Notes: generated from the sequence alone by a model not told the origin. A DNA stretch of 64,000 bases from an uncultured Bacteroidota bacterium (GCA_963703215.1 OY969800.1:3225483-3289482), one strand, 5' to 3'; positions 1 through 10,043 are shown, counted from the stretch's first letter. Program-made: numbers and translations.

Positions 1-673
1 TCTCACTCAAAACCGGTCGGACACCTGTCGTCAAACTAGTCAGAGAGACAGCGACGATACGTCCATATTGAGTATTGGCCCCTGATTCTTCGGACACAGA
101 AACTGTACTCAGTCCTTTTCTGTCCTCAAAAGACAAAGTGGCACTGTACGACTGATATGGCCCACCAGTCGAGACGCTATCAACAACTTTGGCTGAATCA
201 GCATACCTGAAGACCGGTGCATATGGTGTCCAACTGCCTGTCAGACTGTCCAAGTAAGGAAAACACCAAAGAAGTGTTCTGCAGGTCAACGCATGTTGCC
301 CCAGCAGATTCTCAAACAGCGTATCATATCTTTCGTAAATAACTGCGTAGGGAGTGTCCAGAAGCACCCATTCATTGGTGATTGGGTTCAGCACCTGATC
401 CAAGTGCAAGAAATTGATTTTTTCATCGATAGTCCAAGCCACAAGCGTATCAGATAATTGTGTTGAATCCAATATTTGATACCCTACTGTGCCAGAGTCG
501 CTCGAATGCGATAAGGTAGGGTACGTGTACCCCCAGTTTAGGATCCGAACCGAATACTCAAATTGATTCCCCTTTGCCAGAGGAAAAACGTCTACAGTAT
601 CAACTTGGCCGGCAAGGGATGCAACCGGGATCAGCGCAAACAGCCAAAAAATACGCACACTCACTCGGGCCAT
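1..673 (-). CDS. hypothetical secreted protein, N-terminal ~224 aa (ORF runs off the left window edge)
   Basis: Absent from the ORF track because it has no stop inside the window. Manual reverse-strand translation from ATG 673-671 reads MARVSVRIFWLFALIPVASLAGQVDTVDVFPLAKGNQFEYSVRILNWGYTYP... with no stop down to base 1. Signal-peptide-like hydrophobic N-terminus. No family recognised. Confidence 0.5.
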   Translation of the reverse strand, partial: MARVSVRIFWLFALIPVASLAGQVDTVDVFPLAKGNQFEYSVRILNWGYTYPTLSHSSDSGTVGYQILDSTQLSDTLVAWTIDEKINFLHLDQVLNPITNEWVLLDTPYAVIYERYDTLFENLLGQHALTCRTLLWCFPYLDSLTGSWTPYAPVFRYADSAKVVDSVSTGGPYQSYSATLSFEDRKGLSTVSVSEESGANTQYGRIVAVSLTSLTTGVRPVLSE

Positions 674-763
674 GAACCTCTTCCTACTTCTTCCCAAAAA
701 GCAAAAGTGACTAACATTATAACTTCTCCTTTACCTGTAAGTGATATTCTCGAAGCCCTACCT

Positions 764-1849
764 TCATCTGCAAAGGATTCCCCCTATTCTTTCCGCCGCC
801 TTCCCATCCCACAAATCCGGCAACTTACTCTTTTTCCAATCTCCCGAGTAACAAATAGCGACGTGCTCTGTAACTTTATTCACAGATAAACCAGCTAAAA
901 CATTTGTACCACTTTCTATCGTGCACGGTTGTTCTGTGTTTTCCCTCATGGTAACACATGGCACACCGAGAAATGTAGTTTCAGCCTGGATGCCGCCTGA
1001 GTCAGTCAACACTATTCTTGCATCCATCATGAGATTCAAAAAATCCAAATATCCAACCGGATCTGTCAGCACAAGATTTTTCACCGCCGCAAATTGCGAT
1101 GAAAGTCCGAATTCTTCAATCCGCTTTTTCGTCCGGGGATGAATCGGGAAAATTATCTTGCCGTGATGCTGGATACCCTGGAAGATTTTCAGAATCGTCT
1201 CCAAACTATCACGATTGTCCACGTTGCTTGGTCGATGTAACGTCACAAGAGTGTACTCTTTTGGAGAGATGTTGAAAAGTTTCTTGATATTAGAAAGTTT
1301 AGCCTTCTCACGGTAAAAGACAAGCGAATCGACCATCACATCGCCCACAAGGAAAGCTTTCTTATCGCTAATGCCCTCGTTCCGTAGGTTAATCATGCCC
1401 GCTTCTTCGGTGACGAAGAGATAATCACTCAGCGCGTCGGTAACAATTCGATTTATCTCTTCTGGCATCGTCCTGTCGAAACTCCGAAGTCCCGCCTCTA
1501 CATGTGCCACTGGGATCAAAAGCTTCGAGGCGGTCAAGCTGCACGCCACTGTTGAATTCACATCGCCCACCACAATGACAAGATCAGGTTTCTCCTTGAC
1601 AACAACTTTCTCAAACTCCACCATTACTTTGGCTGTCTGTTCAGCCTGAGTTCCAGAACCGACACCGAGATAAACATCAGGCTTAGGAAGCTCAAGGTCT
1701 TCAAAAAATACCTTCGACATGTTTTCATCGTAATGCTGGCCGGTGTGGACAGTCAAATGACGGACATTATCCATTTCAGAAAAGACTCGATGAAGAGGAG
1801 CTACTTTCATGAAATTTGGTCGGGCCCCGACGACACTAATAAATTTCAT
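764..1849 (-). CDS. wecB: UDP-N-acetylglucosamine 2-epimerase (non-hydrolysing)
   Basis: 361 aa. N-terminus MKFISVVGARPNFMKVAPL...HTGQHYD and the later HVEAGLRS and HRPSNVD motifs are typical of the WecB/MnaA epimerase family. 4-nt overlap with rfbB upstream. Confidence 0.9.
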   Translation of the reverse strand: MKFISVVGARPNFMKVAPLHRVFSEMDNVRHLTVHTGQHYDENMSKVFFEDLELPKPDVYLGVGSGTQAEQTAKVMVEFEKVVVKEKPDLVIVVGDVNSTVACSLTASKLLIPVAHVEAGLRSFDRTMPEEINRIVTDALSDYLFVTEEAGMINLRNEGISDKKAFLVGDVMVDSLVFYREKAKLSNIKKLFNISPKEYTLVTLHRPSNVDNRDSLETILKIFQGIQHHGKIIFPIHPRTKKRIEEFGLSSQFAAVKNLVLTDPVGYLDFLNLMMDARIVLTDSGGIQAETTFLGVPCVTMRENTEQPCTIESGTNVLAGLSVNKVTEHVAICYSGDWKKSKLPDLWDGKAAERIGGILCR

Positions 1850-2871
1850 CTCTCTTCATATTGCAGTTTGTAATAGTTCTGATATTCTCCAGAGACAATC
1901 CTCTTCCACCAGCCTTCGTGATCGACGTACCACTTTATTGTTTCATCAATTCCCTGCTCGAATGACCTTCTCGTATTCCAGTGCAGCTCAATTTCGATTT
2001 TCGAAGAGTCCATGGCGTATCGACGGTCATGTCCGGGGCGATCCTTCACAAACTTCAAAAGTGACTCCGATTTGCCAAGCTTCTTTAGAATCAACTTCGC
2101 CATGTCAATGTTTCGAACTTCATTCCCTCCGCCAATATTATACACTTCGCCGACCACGCCGTTAAACAAGACGGCTTCTATGGCTTCGCAGTGATCTTCT
2201 GCGAAAATCCAGTCGCGTACGTTTTGTCCGTCCCCATAAACCGGGAGTTCTTTGTTCTGCAAAGCGTTAATTATCATCAGCGGAATGAATTTTTCCGGAA
2301 ATTGATAAGGCCCGTAATTATTCGAACACCTGGTTATCACCGTTGGAACGTTGAAAGTCTTAAGCCACGCACGCACCAACATGTCCGCGCTTGCTTTGCT
2401 TGCAGAGTAAGGACTGTTTGGAGAAATGTGAGTCGCTTCGGTAAATTTTCCGGAAGCACCTAAAGAGCCATAGACTTCATCGGTCGAAACCTGGAGGAAT
2501 TTCTCTACACCAAATTCTCGCGCTGCTTCAAGCAATGTCATGGTTCCTCTGACATTTGTGTCAATGAAAACTTGCGGGCCGAGAATGCTTCTGTCAACGT
2601 GTGACTCCGCTGCGAAATTAATGACCGCATCGAAGTGCCATTCGTGGAATAGCCTCTGAACAAACGCAGCATCGGAGATGTCCCCTCGATAGAAATGATA
2701 GCGTGGGTTCGTCTCCACGTCTTTCAGGCTTTCGAGATTGCCGGCATAAGTCAGCTTGTCGAGATTTATGAGATCGGTGCCTTCGTGTTTTTCAAGAAAC
2801 AATCTCACAAAGTTGCTCCCGATAAAGCCTGCACCACCAGTTACAAGCAAACTTTTGAGACTAAGAGACAT
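1846..2871 (-). CDS. rfbB: dTDP-glucose 4,6-dehydratase
   Basis: 341 aa. Rossmann motif TGGAGFIGSNF, catalytic YSASKASAD (YxxxK). Length and overall sequence are typical of RmlB/RfbB. Confidence 0.9.
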   Translation of the reverse strand: MSLSLKSLLVTGGAGFIGSNFVRLFLEKHEGTDLINLDKLTYAGNLESLKDVETNPRYHFYRGDISDAAFVQRLFHEWHFDAVINFAAESHVDRSILGPQVFIDTNVRGTMTLLEAAREFGVEKFLQVSTDEVYGSLGASGKFTEATHISPNSPYSASKASADMLVRAWLKTFNVPTVITRCSNNYGPYQFPEKFIPLMIINALQNKELPVYGDGQNVRDWIFAEDHCEAIEAVLFNGVVGEVYNIGGGNEVRNIDMAKLILKKLGKSESLLKFVKDRPGHDRRYAMDSSKIEIELHWNTRRSFEQGIDETIKWYVDHEGWWKRIVSGEYQNYYKLQYEER

Positions 2872-3046
2872 TATTAGATTCTATTGTTGACATTTTCGTG
2901 ATTGTAGTAATGAAAGATTTTATGGTTATCAACTTTTGATAAAAAAATATATCACCTGACGCGTGGAGTTTCAACATAAAATTTCAGAGCCAATCTTGGA
3001 AAAACCGGCTGGGAAGATTAAATTATATAAAATTCTGGAGAATTAA

Positions 3047-3238
3047 ATGGCGAAAATTTGTGAGGTCTGCGGTAAGAAACCAATTTATGGTCACAATGTG
3101 AGCCACGCTCATAATATCACAAATCGCAGATGGAATCCAAACCTACAGAGTGTTCGCGCCGTTGTCGATGGCAAAGTTAAGCGGATGAGAGTATGTGCTT
3201 CTTGCATCAAGCAAGGGCGAATCAGAAAAGCTGCATAA
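3047..3238 (+). CDS. rpmB: 50S ribosomal protein L28
   Basis: 63 aa. [34 protein letters not shown] is the conserved L28 core. GGAG Shine-Dalgarno about 9 nt upstream. Confidence 0.95.
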   Translation: MAKICEVCGKKPIYGHNVSHAHNITNRRWNPNLQSVRAVVDGKVKRMRVCASCIKQGRIRKAA

Positions 3239-3418
3239 GGATCAGAGAAATTCATCTCACAAGGTGGAACTCTACCACCGCGGGCATTTCCTTCTTGAAG
3301 AATTTTACTTTCGAAGCGCCAGACCACTGATTGTCCGGGAGGCTTTCGCTTTCACGCTCGCTCAAGCCGGCATTAACATCTCTGAGCATCAGTCGACGCA
3401 TTTATCGGTCCCAACTTT

Positions 3419-4537
3419 CTAAGTACGTAATACCCTACCTGCCTTGGACTCGCCGGATTTTGTTATGTTATATGATTCAAGCCCCCAATACATTTCCTTT
3501 GCAATTACTCTGAACACGGTATACAACGGCATTGCCAACACCATCCCGATGATTCCCCCCAGCTCAGCTGCAATCAAAACTAACAGGACAATTGTCAGTG
3601 GATGCATTTCAGCACCGCGAGAATAAACCGTGGGCACGATTACCAAATCATCGAGGATTCTGATTCCAGCAAAAAGGAAGACTATTGGCAAAGCCATTTC
3701 AAAGCTTCCCGTTTGGAGGAACGATACTACAATCGCCGGCACCGCTCCAACAACGGGCCCAAGGTACGGAATGAGATTCGCGATTCCTGCAACAACCCCG
3801 ATAATTATCGCATACTTGACACCCATGATGAGTAAACCGACCATCGACAATATCCCGACGATTGCCGCCTCTGTGAACCAAGCCCGAATGTATTTTCCCA
3901 ATTGAACCCCAATTTTGTGAACGACATTAAGAGTCATCTCAAAATATCTGTTTGGGACAATCTCGATGAGCCGGCGAATCATGTCTTCCCCATCTTTCAG
4001 GAGAAAAAAAGAAACGAACGGCACAATAATTATCATCATTAACACAGAGCCTACGCTTGTCAAAATAGTGAACCATTTATCTGCGACTTGTACCATCATC
4101 TGGCTTATTTTTTCGGAAATATTGCCGAAATCAATAAATGAGATCTCCTTCTGCAATTGCGATTCGACTCCCTGCAGTTTTTGACCAAAATCCGGAGACT
4201 TTATCGCATCATAGAGGCTCACGACCTGTTTGATTAGTGGCGGCAGAAACACATATAATAACCCGCCCACGATTACGATAATTCCAACATAAATAATGAG
4301 AATGCCATAGACACGCCTTATCCCCCTTGTCTCCAGCATATCGACGAGTGGTGATAAGAGAAGCGTCACCAAGATCGACAGCAACAAAAGCGCAAATACA
4401 CCTCCAAGCTGTGAGAGCGACCACAATAGAAACATGAGGAATACCACCATCAGGAAAACCTTAAAACTATTCCTTCTAAAAATCGCCAGCATCGATTTCT
4501 CCGTTCTCCGAATTTTCTTCCTCGGAATTAATCCCAT
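3419..4537 (-). CDS. AI-2E family transporter (PerM/UPF0118-type permease)
   Basis: 372 aa, multi-TM. The C-terminal half (GIANLIPYLGPVVGAVPAIVVSF ... MHPLTIVLLVLIAAELGGIIGMVLAMPL) matches the conserved AI-2E signature region. Confidence 0.8.
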   Translation of the reverse strand: MGLIPRKKIRRTEKSMLAIFRRNSFKVFLMVVFLMFLLWSLSQLGGVFALLLLSILVTLLLSPLVDMLETRGIRRVYGILIIYVGIIVIVGGLLYVFLPPLIKQVVSLYDAIKSPDFGQKLQGVESQLQKEISFIDFGNISEKISQMMVQVADKWFTILTSVGSVLMMIIIVPFVSFFLLKDGEDMIRRLIEIVPNRYFEMTLNVVHKIGVQLGKYIRAWFTEAAIVGILSMVGLLIMGVKYAIIIGVVAGIANLIPYLGPVVGAVPAIVVSFLQTGSFEMALPIVFLFAGIRILDDLVIVPTVYSRGAEMHPLTIVLLVLIAAELGGIIGMVLAMPLYTVFRVIAKEMYWGLESYNITKSGESKAGRVLRT

Positions 4538-5171
4538 GTACCACCTTCTTGATTATCGCCCAATCAAAACCACGCCTCGCGAGAAACGCTATCAGTTTTT
4601 CCCGCCTTTTTGTTGTATCGAGCTTCCGTAATGAACGTTCTTTTGTTCTCGCTGCCTTCACGGCGAGTTCTAGTTGGGTTGCATCATCACTCAATGTCGC
4701 CACAGCCTCCAATGCGGTTTCCTTCGAGACGCCCTTTTCTTGAAGTTTACGCTCCAGCGCCTTTCTTCCGATCGGCTTTGAAGAAGTTTTTGATGCAACG
4801 AAAGCTTCGGCAAACCGGGAATCGTCTATTAATCCCAGTCCATCTAATTTGTCCACCACAAGATCAATCGCCCCCAAAACAAACTTCTTTTGGCGTAAGC
4901 GCTGGATGAGTTCCTGCTTCGTCCGCATCCGATAGTTCAGCAATCGAACCGCTGCCGCGTAAGTATCATGGTACGATTGTGAATTCCTAATCTTCACGCG
5001 AGTCTCGCCAGAAATTTCGTCGCCCCTGCGTAAGCCATAATCCACAAGAACCTCCTTACTCAGAAACATTTCCTCGTCCTCATTTTCACCAGAGGCAGAT
5101 CCGTCTTCCGCCCGGAAACGTATCTTGAATTTGCCACCGCGGCGAGCTTTTTCAATCGAAATAATTCTCAT
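4476..5171 (-). CDS. recX: recombination regulator RecX
   Basis: 231 aa. Helical repeats (LLNYRMRTKQELIQRLRQKKF..., ...REKLIAFLARRGFDWAIIKKV) typical of RecX. Lies immediately downstream of recA. Confidence 0.75.
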   Translation of the reverse strand: MRIISIEKARRGGKFKIRFRAEDGSASGENEDEEMFLSKEVLVDYGLRRGDEISGETRVKIRNSQSYHDTYAAAVRLLNYRMRTKQELIQRLRQKKFVLGAIDLVVDKLDGLGLIDDSRFAEAFVASKTSSKPIGRKALERKLQEKGVSKETALEAVATLSDDATQLELAVKAARTKERSLRKLDTTKRREKLIAFLARRGFDWAIIKKVVHGINSEEENSENGEIDAGDF

Positions 5172-5235
5172 GTCGGCTCATGGCTAATAGTTCATGGCTC
5201 ATAGTTTCTCACTATCAACTGTGTGCCGGAGCTAA

Positions 5236-6315
5236 TTACTTTTTGGTTTTCGCTTCAGACTTTTTTTCTTCTGCCTTCTCGGGCTTCTCCGTAGGTTTGC
5301 CGCTATTTCCATTCTTCGAACTCAACCCAAGTTTCGTTCTTACTTCAGTCTCCATATCCTTAAGCATGTTCGGATTGTCCTGGAAATATTTCTTAGCGGC
5401 ATCCCGTCCCTGTCCGAGTCTCTCGTTCTTGTACGAGAACCAGGTGCCGCTTTTCTGGACAATGGTCTGGTCGACGGCAACATCCAGCAAATCTCCGACC
5501 CTTGAAATCCCTTCATTATATTGTATGTCAAACTCGACTTCTTTAAAAGGAGGAGCGACTTTGTTTTTCACGACTTTCACTCTAACTCTGTTCCCGATTA
5601 TGTCCGCGCCTTCTTTGATATGATCGCGTTTCCTGATGTCGAGTCGAAGTGCTGCGTAGAACTTTAACGCGTTGCCTCCAGTTGTCGTCTCCGGATTTCC
5701 ATACACTATCCCTATTTTACTCCGAAGCTGATTCGTGAAAATTACTGAAGTATTGCTTTTGTTTATTGCAGCGGTAAGTTTTCTTAAAGCCTGCGACATC
5801 AACCGCGCTTGTGCACCCATTTGTGCGTCACCCATTTCGCCTTCGATCTCTGCTCGAGGCGTCAACGCCGCGACCGAATCGATCACAACAACGTCAATTG
5901 CTCCGCTTCTGACAAGAGTCTCAACAATATCAAGTGCCTGCTCTCCAAATTCTGGCTGCGACAACAATAGATTGTTCGTATCCACGCCGATTCGTTTCGC
6001 GTAGTTCATGTCAAGGGCGTGTTCAGCATCGATGAAAGCCGCAATGCCTCCCTGCCTTTGTGCCTCGGCGATTACACTCAAGCACAATGTGGTTTTGCCT
6101 GAAGATTCGGGCCCAAAAATTTCAGTAATTCTCCCCCGCGGGATGCCGCCAATACCAAGCGCCCAGTCAAGCGAAATCGATCCGGTAGAAATTGAATCGA
6201 TTTTTGCAATCGGTCCCTCCCCTAATTTCATTACAGCGCCTTTGCCATAATCGCGCTCGATCTGATTCAGTGCAATATCCAGCGCTTTCAGTCTTGCCTC
6301 TTTTTCCTCCACCAT
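5236..6315 (-). CDS. recA: recombinase RecA
   Basis: 359 aa. Walker [19 protein letters not shown], and the L1/L2 region GNALKFYA. Unmistakable RecA. Confidence 0.98.
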   Translation of the reverse strand: MVEEKEARLKALDIALNQIERDYGKGAVMKLGEGPIAKIDSISTGSISLDWALGIGGIPRGRITEIFGPESSGKTTLCLSVIAEAQRQGGIAAFIDAEHALDMNYAKRIGVDTNNLLLSQPEFGEQALDIVETLVRSGAIDVVVIDSVAALTPRAEIEGEMGDAQMGAQARLMSQALRKLTAAINKSNTSVIFTNQLRSKIGIVYGNPETTTGGNALKFYAALRLDIRKRDHIKEGADIIGNRVRVKVVKNKVAPPFKEVEFDIQYNEGISRVGDLLDVAVDQTIVQKSGTWFSYKNERLGQGRDAAKKYFQDNPNMLKDMETEVRTKLGLSSKNGNSGKPTEKPEKAEEKKSEAKTKK

Positions 6316-6344
6316 CTTAGAACTCCTTCCTGTTTAACAAATTT

Positions 6345-6926
6345 TCATTCCCTGATCAAAGGGATATCCCATAGAATTTTATACTCAGAACCTGACGATT
6401 TTAGCGTACTTTCAAACAACGCAATGCTTCGCGGGAAAAATCGCTCGATGGATAATTTACCGTCGCTCCATAATTTCTGCAAGTCTAAGTAATCGCTTCT
6501 GCCTCGCTTTCCTTCTCCATGAAATCGTGCAATCGTAATATGCGCTTTAAATACCCTCTTCTCCGGCACGATTCCGAATTCCGATGTGACAGATTGTATA
6601 GAACTTGCGATAGCGGCGAGTGTTCCATCATCCTGGCAATCGACCCAGATCCCCCGTCTGACTTTTTCATTTGGAAAATAAGTTACACCGCTGACTTCAA
6701 TGTTCGAAGCCTTAAGCGATGATCGTTCTATTTCATGGACTACTGATGAAAAAAGGTTCTTGACTTTTCCCGGATCGAAATCCCCGATGAATTGCAGTGT
6801 AATGTGGAGCTTGTTTTTGGCTTCGATCCGTGCATCGCTGCTCGATCCATGAAGTTCTTCTTGTATCTTTTCTATTTGTGTTTTTGTGCTCTCAGGTAAA
6901 GTCGCCCCAAAGAAAATCCGCATCAC
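6345..6926 (-). CDS. thpR: RNA 2',3'-cyclic phosphodiesterase (2'-5' RNA ligase family, ThpR/LigT)
   Basis: 193 aa with the two HxT/SxT 2H-phosphoesterase motifs (HITLQF and HITIARF). Confidence 0.8.
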   Translation of the reverse strand: MMRIFFGATLPESTKTQIEKIQEELHGSSSDARIEAKNKLHITLQFIGDFDPGKVKNLFSSVVHEIERSSLKASNIEVSGVTYFPNEKVRRGIWVDCQDDGTLAAIASSIQSVTSEFGIVPEKRVFKAHITIARFHGEGKRGRSDYLDLQKLWSDGKLSIERFFPRSIALFESTLKSSGSEYKILWDIPLIRE

Positions 6927-8170
6927 TCCAATCCTAATATCCGTTTTCTCACAATCTCCAACGCCGCTTGCGAAGTCCTTTCTTTGAATCTTATGCGTTC
7001 ATCAGGAAGCATGAATCTCCTAACGATCGTACCTGCGCGATCCGCGAGTCCAATAAAAACCAATCCTATAGGTTTGTCCGGGGTCGCCCCCGTCGGACCC
7101 GCGATACCGGTTACGGAAACTCCAATATCCGTTCCGGAAGTATTCCTAATCCCCTCAGCCATGGCACGGGCGACTTCTTCACTTACTGCTCCGAATTTGT
7201 GAATCAGTTCGTCATCAACATGGGGCAATTCGATCTTTGTTTCATTGCTGTAAGCAACGAGTCCTCGTTTAAAGTAATTTGAGCTGCCGGAAATGTTGGT
7301 GATCCTGTGAGAGATATAACCACCCGTACAGCTTTCCGCAACCGAAATTGAAAGGTTCCGCTCCCTCAATAGGTTTCCGACGATTTCTTCAAGCTCGACG
7401 TCTCCCTCCGAGTAAATGTACCTCCCCGCCTTAATTCGGATCTTTCTTTCTACTTCCGCGACAATAAGATCGGCTTCCTCCGTCGTGGGAGCTTTCACGG
7501 TGATACGCAGTCTCACACCAAATTGGCTGGGAAGAAATGCAAGCCTCGCTTTGTCACCTAAGATTTCTCCAACATCTCCAATGAGTTCATAAAGGCTCGA
7601 CTCTGCTATACCGGTCGTCTTCAGGACTCTGTGCTTGATTACCTGGCCGACAGCTTTCGCTTTCAATCGAGGTATGACATACTCGGTCATCAAGTTTTGC
7701 ATCTCGTGAGGGACACCGGGCATCACCACAAATATCTTGTCCACGTTTTCAAAGAGCATCCCTGGCGCCGTTCCCCAATGATTCATTAGTACTTCGCACC
7801 CTTCCGGAACAAGCGCCTGTTCTTCGTTCACCTTGCGCAACGGAATATTTCTCTTCGAAAGGCGATCGCGAACATTCTCCAGAACGGCATCGTCCATGAC
7901 TAGCCTGGCGTTAAAAAAGTCTGCAACGACTTTCTTCGTGATGTCATCGTGAGTCGGGCCAAGACCGCCCGTAACCAAAACGGCGTCGACCGTTCCATGA
8001 TACTTCTTGAACACATCCATTATTTCCCGGTATTCATCCCCCACAACCACGATGCGGACGACTTCTATGCCAACTTCCGATAGGCTCTGACCGATGAACG
8101 CCGCATTGGTATTCGTTACCTGGCCGATCAGGAGTTCATCGCCAATTGTAATTACGGCAGCGGTTCTCAC
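6923..8170 (-). CDS. cinA: CinA family protein (competence/damage-inducible; nicotinamide-nucleotide amidohydrolase PncC domain)
   Basis: N-terminal MoCF-binding domain (AAVITIGDELLIGQVTNTNAAF) and C-terminal CinA/PncC domain (SVAESCTGG). The track ORF extends to 8245. A GTG at 8170-8168 overlaps the pgpA stop as GTGA and gives the canonical N-terminus, so I prefer it as the start. Confidence 0.85.
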   Translation of the reverse strand: MRTAAVITIGDELLIGQVTNTNAAFIGQSLSEVGIEVVRIVVVGDEYREIMDVFKKYHGTVDAVLVTGGLGPTHDDITKKVVADFFNARLVMDDAVLENVRDRLSKRNIPLRKVNEEQALVPEGCEVLMNHWGTAPGMLFENVDKIFVVMPGVPHEMQNLMTEYVIPRLKAKAVGQVIKHRVLKTTGIAESSLYELIGDVGEILGDKARLAFLPSQFGVRLRITVKAPTTEEADLIVAEVERKIRIKAGRYIYSEGDVELEEIVGNLLRERNLSISVAESCTGGYISHRITNISGSSNYFKRGLVAYSNETKIELPHVDDELIHKFGAVSEEVARAMAEGIRNTSGTDIGVSVTGIAGPTGATPDKPIGLVFIGLADRAGTIVRRFMLPDERIRFKERTSQAALEIVRKRILGLE

Positions 8171-8664
8171 TTCAGAACATAGAGATAGATTTGCAATGCA
8201 ATATTTGTGAAAACCCCGCAGACAAAATCGTCGAGCATGATCCACAGCCCGCCGGTTTTCTTGTCGAAGTAATTGGCGGGAAATGGTTTAAAAATATCCA
8301 GCATCCTAAAAATCATGAACGCGATGGCAATCAGAAAGAGCCGCTTAGGAATGAAAACCAGCGAGACCCACATAGCGACGATCTCATCTATCACGACGCG
8401 AGAAGGATCGTGGCCGTATTCCTTTTCCATTTTCCCCGAAGAGTAAGTCCCCCACGCGAAGAACACAACAATAGCAGGAACAATTATGTATATCTTCTCG
8501 AAACCGGGGATAAAGTAGATCAGCAAGCCGATCAAGGAGCCAATCGTTCCCGGCGCAGCAGGCGATAACCCGCTTCCAAATCCGGTTGTGATTAATTTAT
8601 CAAGAAGAGTCGGCTTTTGTGGAGTGGACTCCTTGGGAATTTCACCCTGATTGTGCTCGTCCAC
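8167..8664 (-). CDS. pgpA: phosphatidylglycerophosphatase A
   Basis: 165 aa membrane protein. GFGSGLSPAAPGTIGSL and DDFVCG are PgpA-like. Adjacent to pgsA. Confidence 0.8.
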   Translation of the reverse strand: MDEHNQGEIPKESTPQKPTLLDKLITTGFGSGLSPAAPGTIGSLIGLLIYFIPGFEKIYIIVPAIVVFFAWGTYSSGKMEKEYGHDPSRVVIDEIVAMWVSLVFIPKRLFLIAIAFMIFRMLDIFKPFPANYFDKKTGGLWIMLDDFVCGVFTNIALQIYLYVLK

Positions 8665-8998
8665 TTACCGCTCGGAATGAAGAATGGATCAACTTGAAAT
8701 TTTCGATAACGTATTGCAGACCTGTGCCCAATGTTAGAATCGTTACAACCAGCATGGAATAAAATAAAACATCCTTATCGAGGACGACCCTGACGATGCT
8801 GGAGAGCCCAGGCGAGGTTTTCAAAACGACAGCAAGGAGAACAACGTAGATAAAGACCATCTGCGAAAACGTCTTCACTTTTGCCGTGAAGTTCGTGTGC
8901 AATGTCTGCCCGCGGAACTCGGCAAAGGAACGAAGAAGAGTTATGGAAATATCACGGATGACGATTGCCCAGACCATCCACCATGCTACGAGTCCCAT
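8642..8998 (-). CDS. pgsA: CDP-diacylglycerol--glycerol-3-phosphate 3-phosphatidyltransferase, C-terminal piece (frameshifted)
   Basis: This frame is open up to about 9028 and reads QTAFIAFAWMGLVAWWMVWAIVIRDISITLLR...KVKTFSQMV. That is the expected continuation of PgsA after DPLADK. Confidence 0.8.
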   Translation of the reverse strand: MGLVAWWMVWAIVIRDISITLLRSFAEFRGQTLHTNFTAKVKTFSQMVFIYVVLLAVVLKTSPGLSSIVRVVLDKDVLFYSMLVVTILTLGTGLQYVIENFKLIHSSFRAVSGRAQSG

Positions 8999-9245
8999 CC
9001 AGGCAAAAGCAATAAATGCAGTCTGAAGTCAACACTTTATCTGCGAGTGGATCAAGAAACACGCCCCATCTTGAGACTTTCCCCAATTTTCGAGCAATCC
9101 AACCATCATACCAATCGGTTAGCGCGGCAACGACAAAAACCATAACTGAAAATTGTTTCAGAAAAACTCTCTCACTGATAAACAAGAGAATAAATAGCGG
9201 CGTTAAAAGCATTCTGAGAATTGTTAACTGGTTTGGTAATGTCAT
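8952..9245 (-). CDS. pgsA: CDP-diacylglycerol--glycerol-3-phosphate 3-phosphatidyltransferase, N-terminal piece (frameshifted)
   Basis: MTLPNQLTILRMLLTPLF...ALTDWYDGWIARKLGKVSRWGVFLDPLADKV carries the CDP-alcohol phosphatidyltransferase motif D-x2-DG-x2-AR...DP-x-AD. The frame then degenerates. Confidence 0.85.
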   Translation of the reverse strand: MTLPNQLTILRMLLTPLFILLFISERVFLKQFSVMVFVVAALTDWYDGWIARKLGKVSRWGVFLDPLADKVLTSDCIYCFCLDGTRSMVDGLGNRHP

Positions 9246-9354
9246 CCTGTCACAATTTAAGCGTGGATCAAGTGGAGGTCAAGTTATTAAAGTCCTTCAA
9301 CAAAATTTAATAACTCAATTGAATTTAAGCCAATTACGAAATATTTTTAGATAG

Positions 9355-10043
9355 ATGACTGACAAATTCCTTTCCATTTCAAGAAAATCCTATTCGGATA
9401 TTGTAAAACTTAGACGCGAATTTCATCGATATCCTGAGCTCGCCTTCCAGGAAATCAATACCGCGAAAATCATTGCCAACGAACCTAAAGACCTTGATAT
9501 AATCGTAAGCTCGCTGGAAAATATCATAAGTCGAATGAGAAATCCTCTTGAGTCCTCTGCACTGACTATCGGTCCGATACATGGCGGCTCTGCGACAAAC
9601 GCGATTCCTGATGAAGCAAAACCAAGCGGATCCTTTCGCGCCATGAATGAGAAGTGGCGCAATGCAGGACTCAATTTGATAAGGCGAACCGCAGAAGCCA
9701 CGGCGAGAAGACTCGGCGGAAAATGCAAAGTGGAAATTAGCCGTGGATATCCAGCACTTGTGAACCGGGAAGAAGAAACTGAGCTCGCGATGAAATCCGC
9801 CGAGAAGATTTTCGGAAAGAAATCGGTCATGAATCTCGACACCGTAATGACTGCCGAAGACTCTGCTTTTTTCCTGCAGAAAGTCCCGGGACTTTCTGGT
9901 GGATAGGTGCAGGCAACAAGAAGACCGGAGCCACCACATCTATTCACAGTTCAAAGTTTAGGATCGATAAAAATGCGTTAATGTACGGCACGGCGATGCT
10001 CGCCTTTTTAACTCTGGAATATTTGAAAGCTCGTGGACAATAA
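9355..10043 (+). pseudogene. M20D-family amidohydrolase (N-acyl-amino acid amidohydrolase/hippurate hydrolase type), internally deleted and frameshifted
   Basis: The N-terminus LRREFHRYPELAFQE (conserved M20D start) jumps directly to the dimerisation/late part (LTIGPIHGGSATNAIPDEA). About 170 aa carrying the metal-binding core are missing. The ORF stops at VPGLSGG*. The expected C-terminus (FWWIGAGNKK...IHSSKFRIDKNALMYGTAMLA) continues in another frame to 10043. Confidence 0.7.

Noticed and set aside
563-889. 108-aa + strand ORF spanning the gap between the edge ORF and wecB
   Set aside because: It overlaps the antisense of two better-supported minus-strand genes (1-673 and 764-1849). Its composition is low-complexity and basic, and there is no RBS. 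It looks like a shadow ORF.
3239-3418. Expected an rpmG (L33) gene or small RNA after rpmB
   Set aside because: No frame encodes an L33-like peptide. Only a weak 5-bp hairpin (GGTGG...CCACC, about 3266-3282) is present. Nothing here is reportable.
9379-9947. Two long minus-strand ORFs (186 and 174 aa)
   Set aside because: Both are antisense to the M20 amidohydrolase remnant, whose conserved end motifs define the true strand. Neither shows family resemblance.
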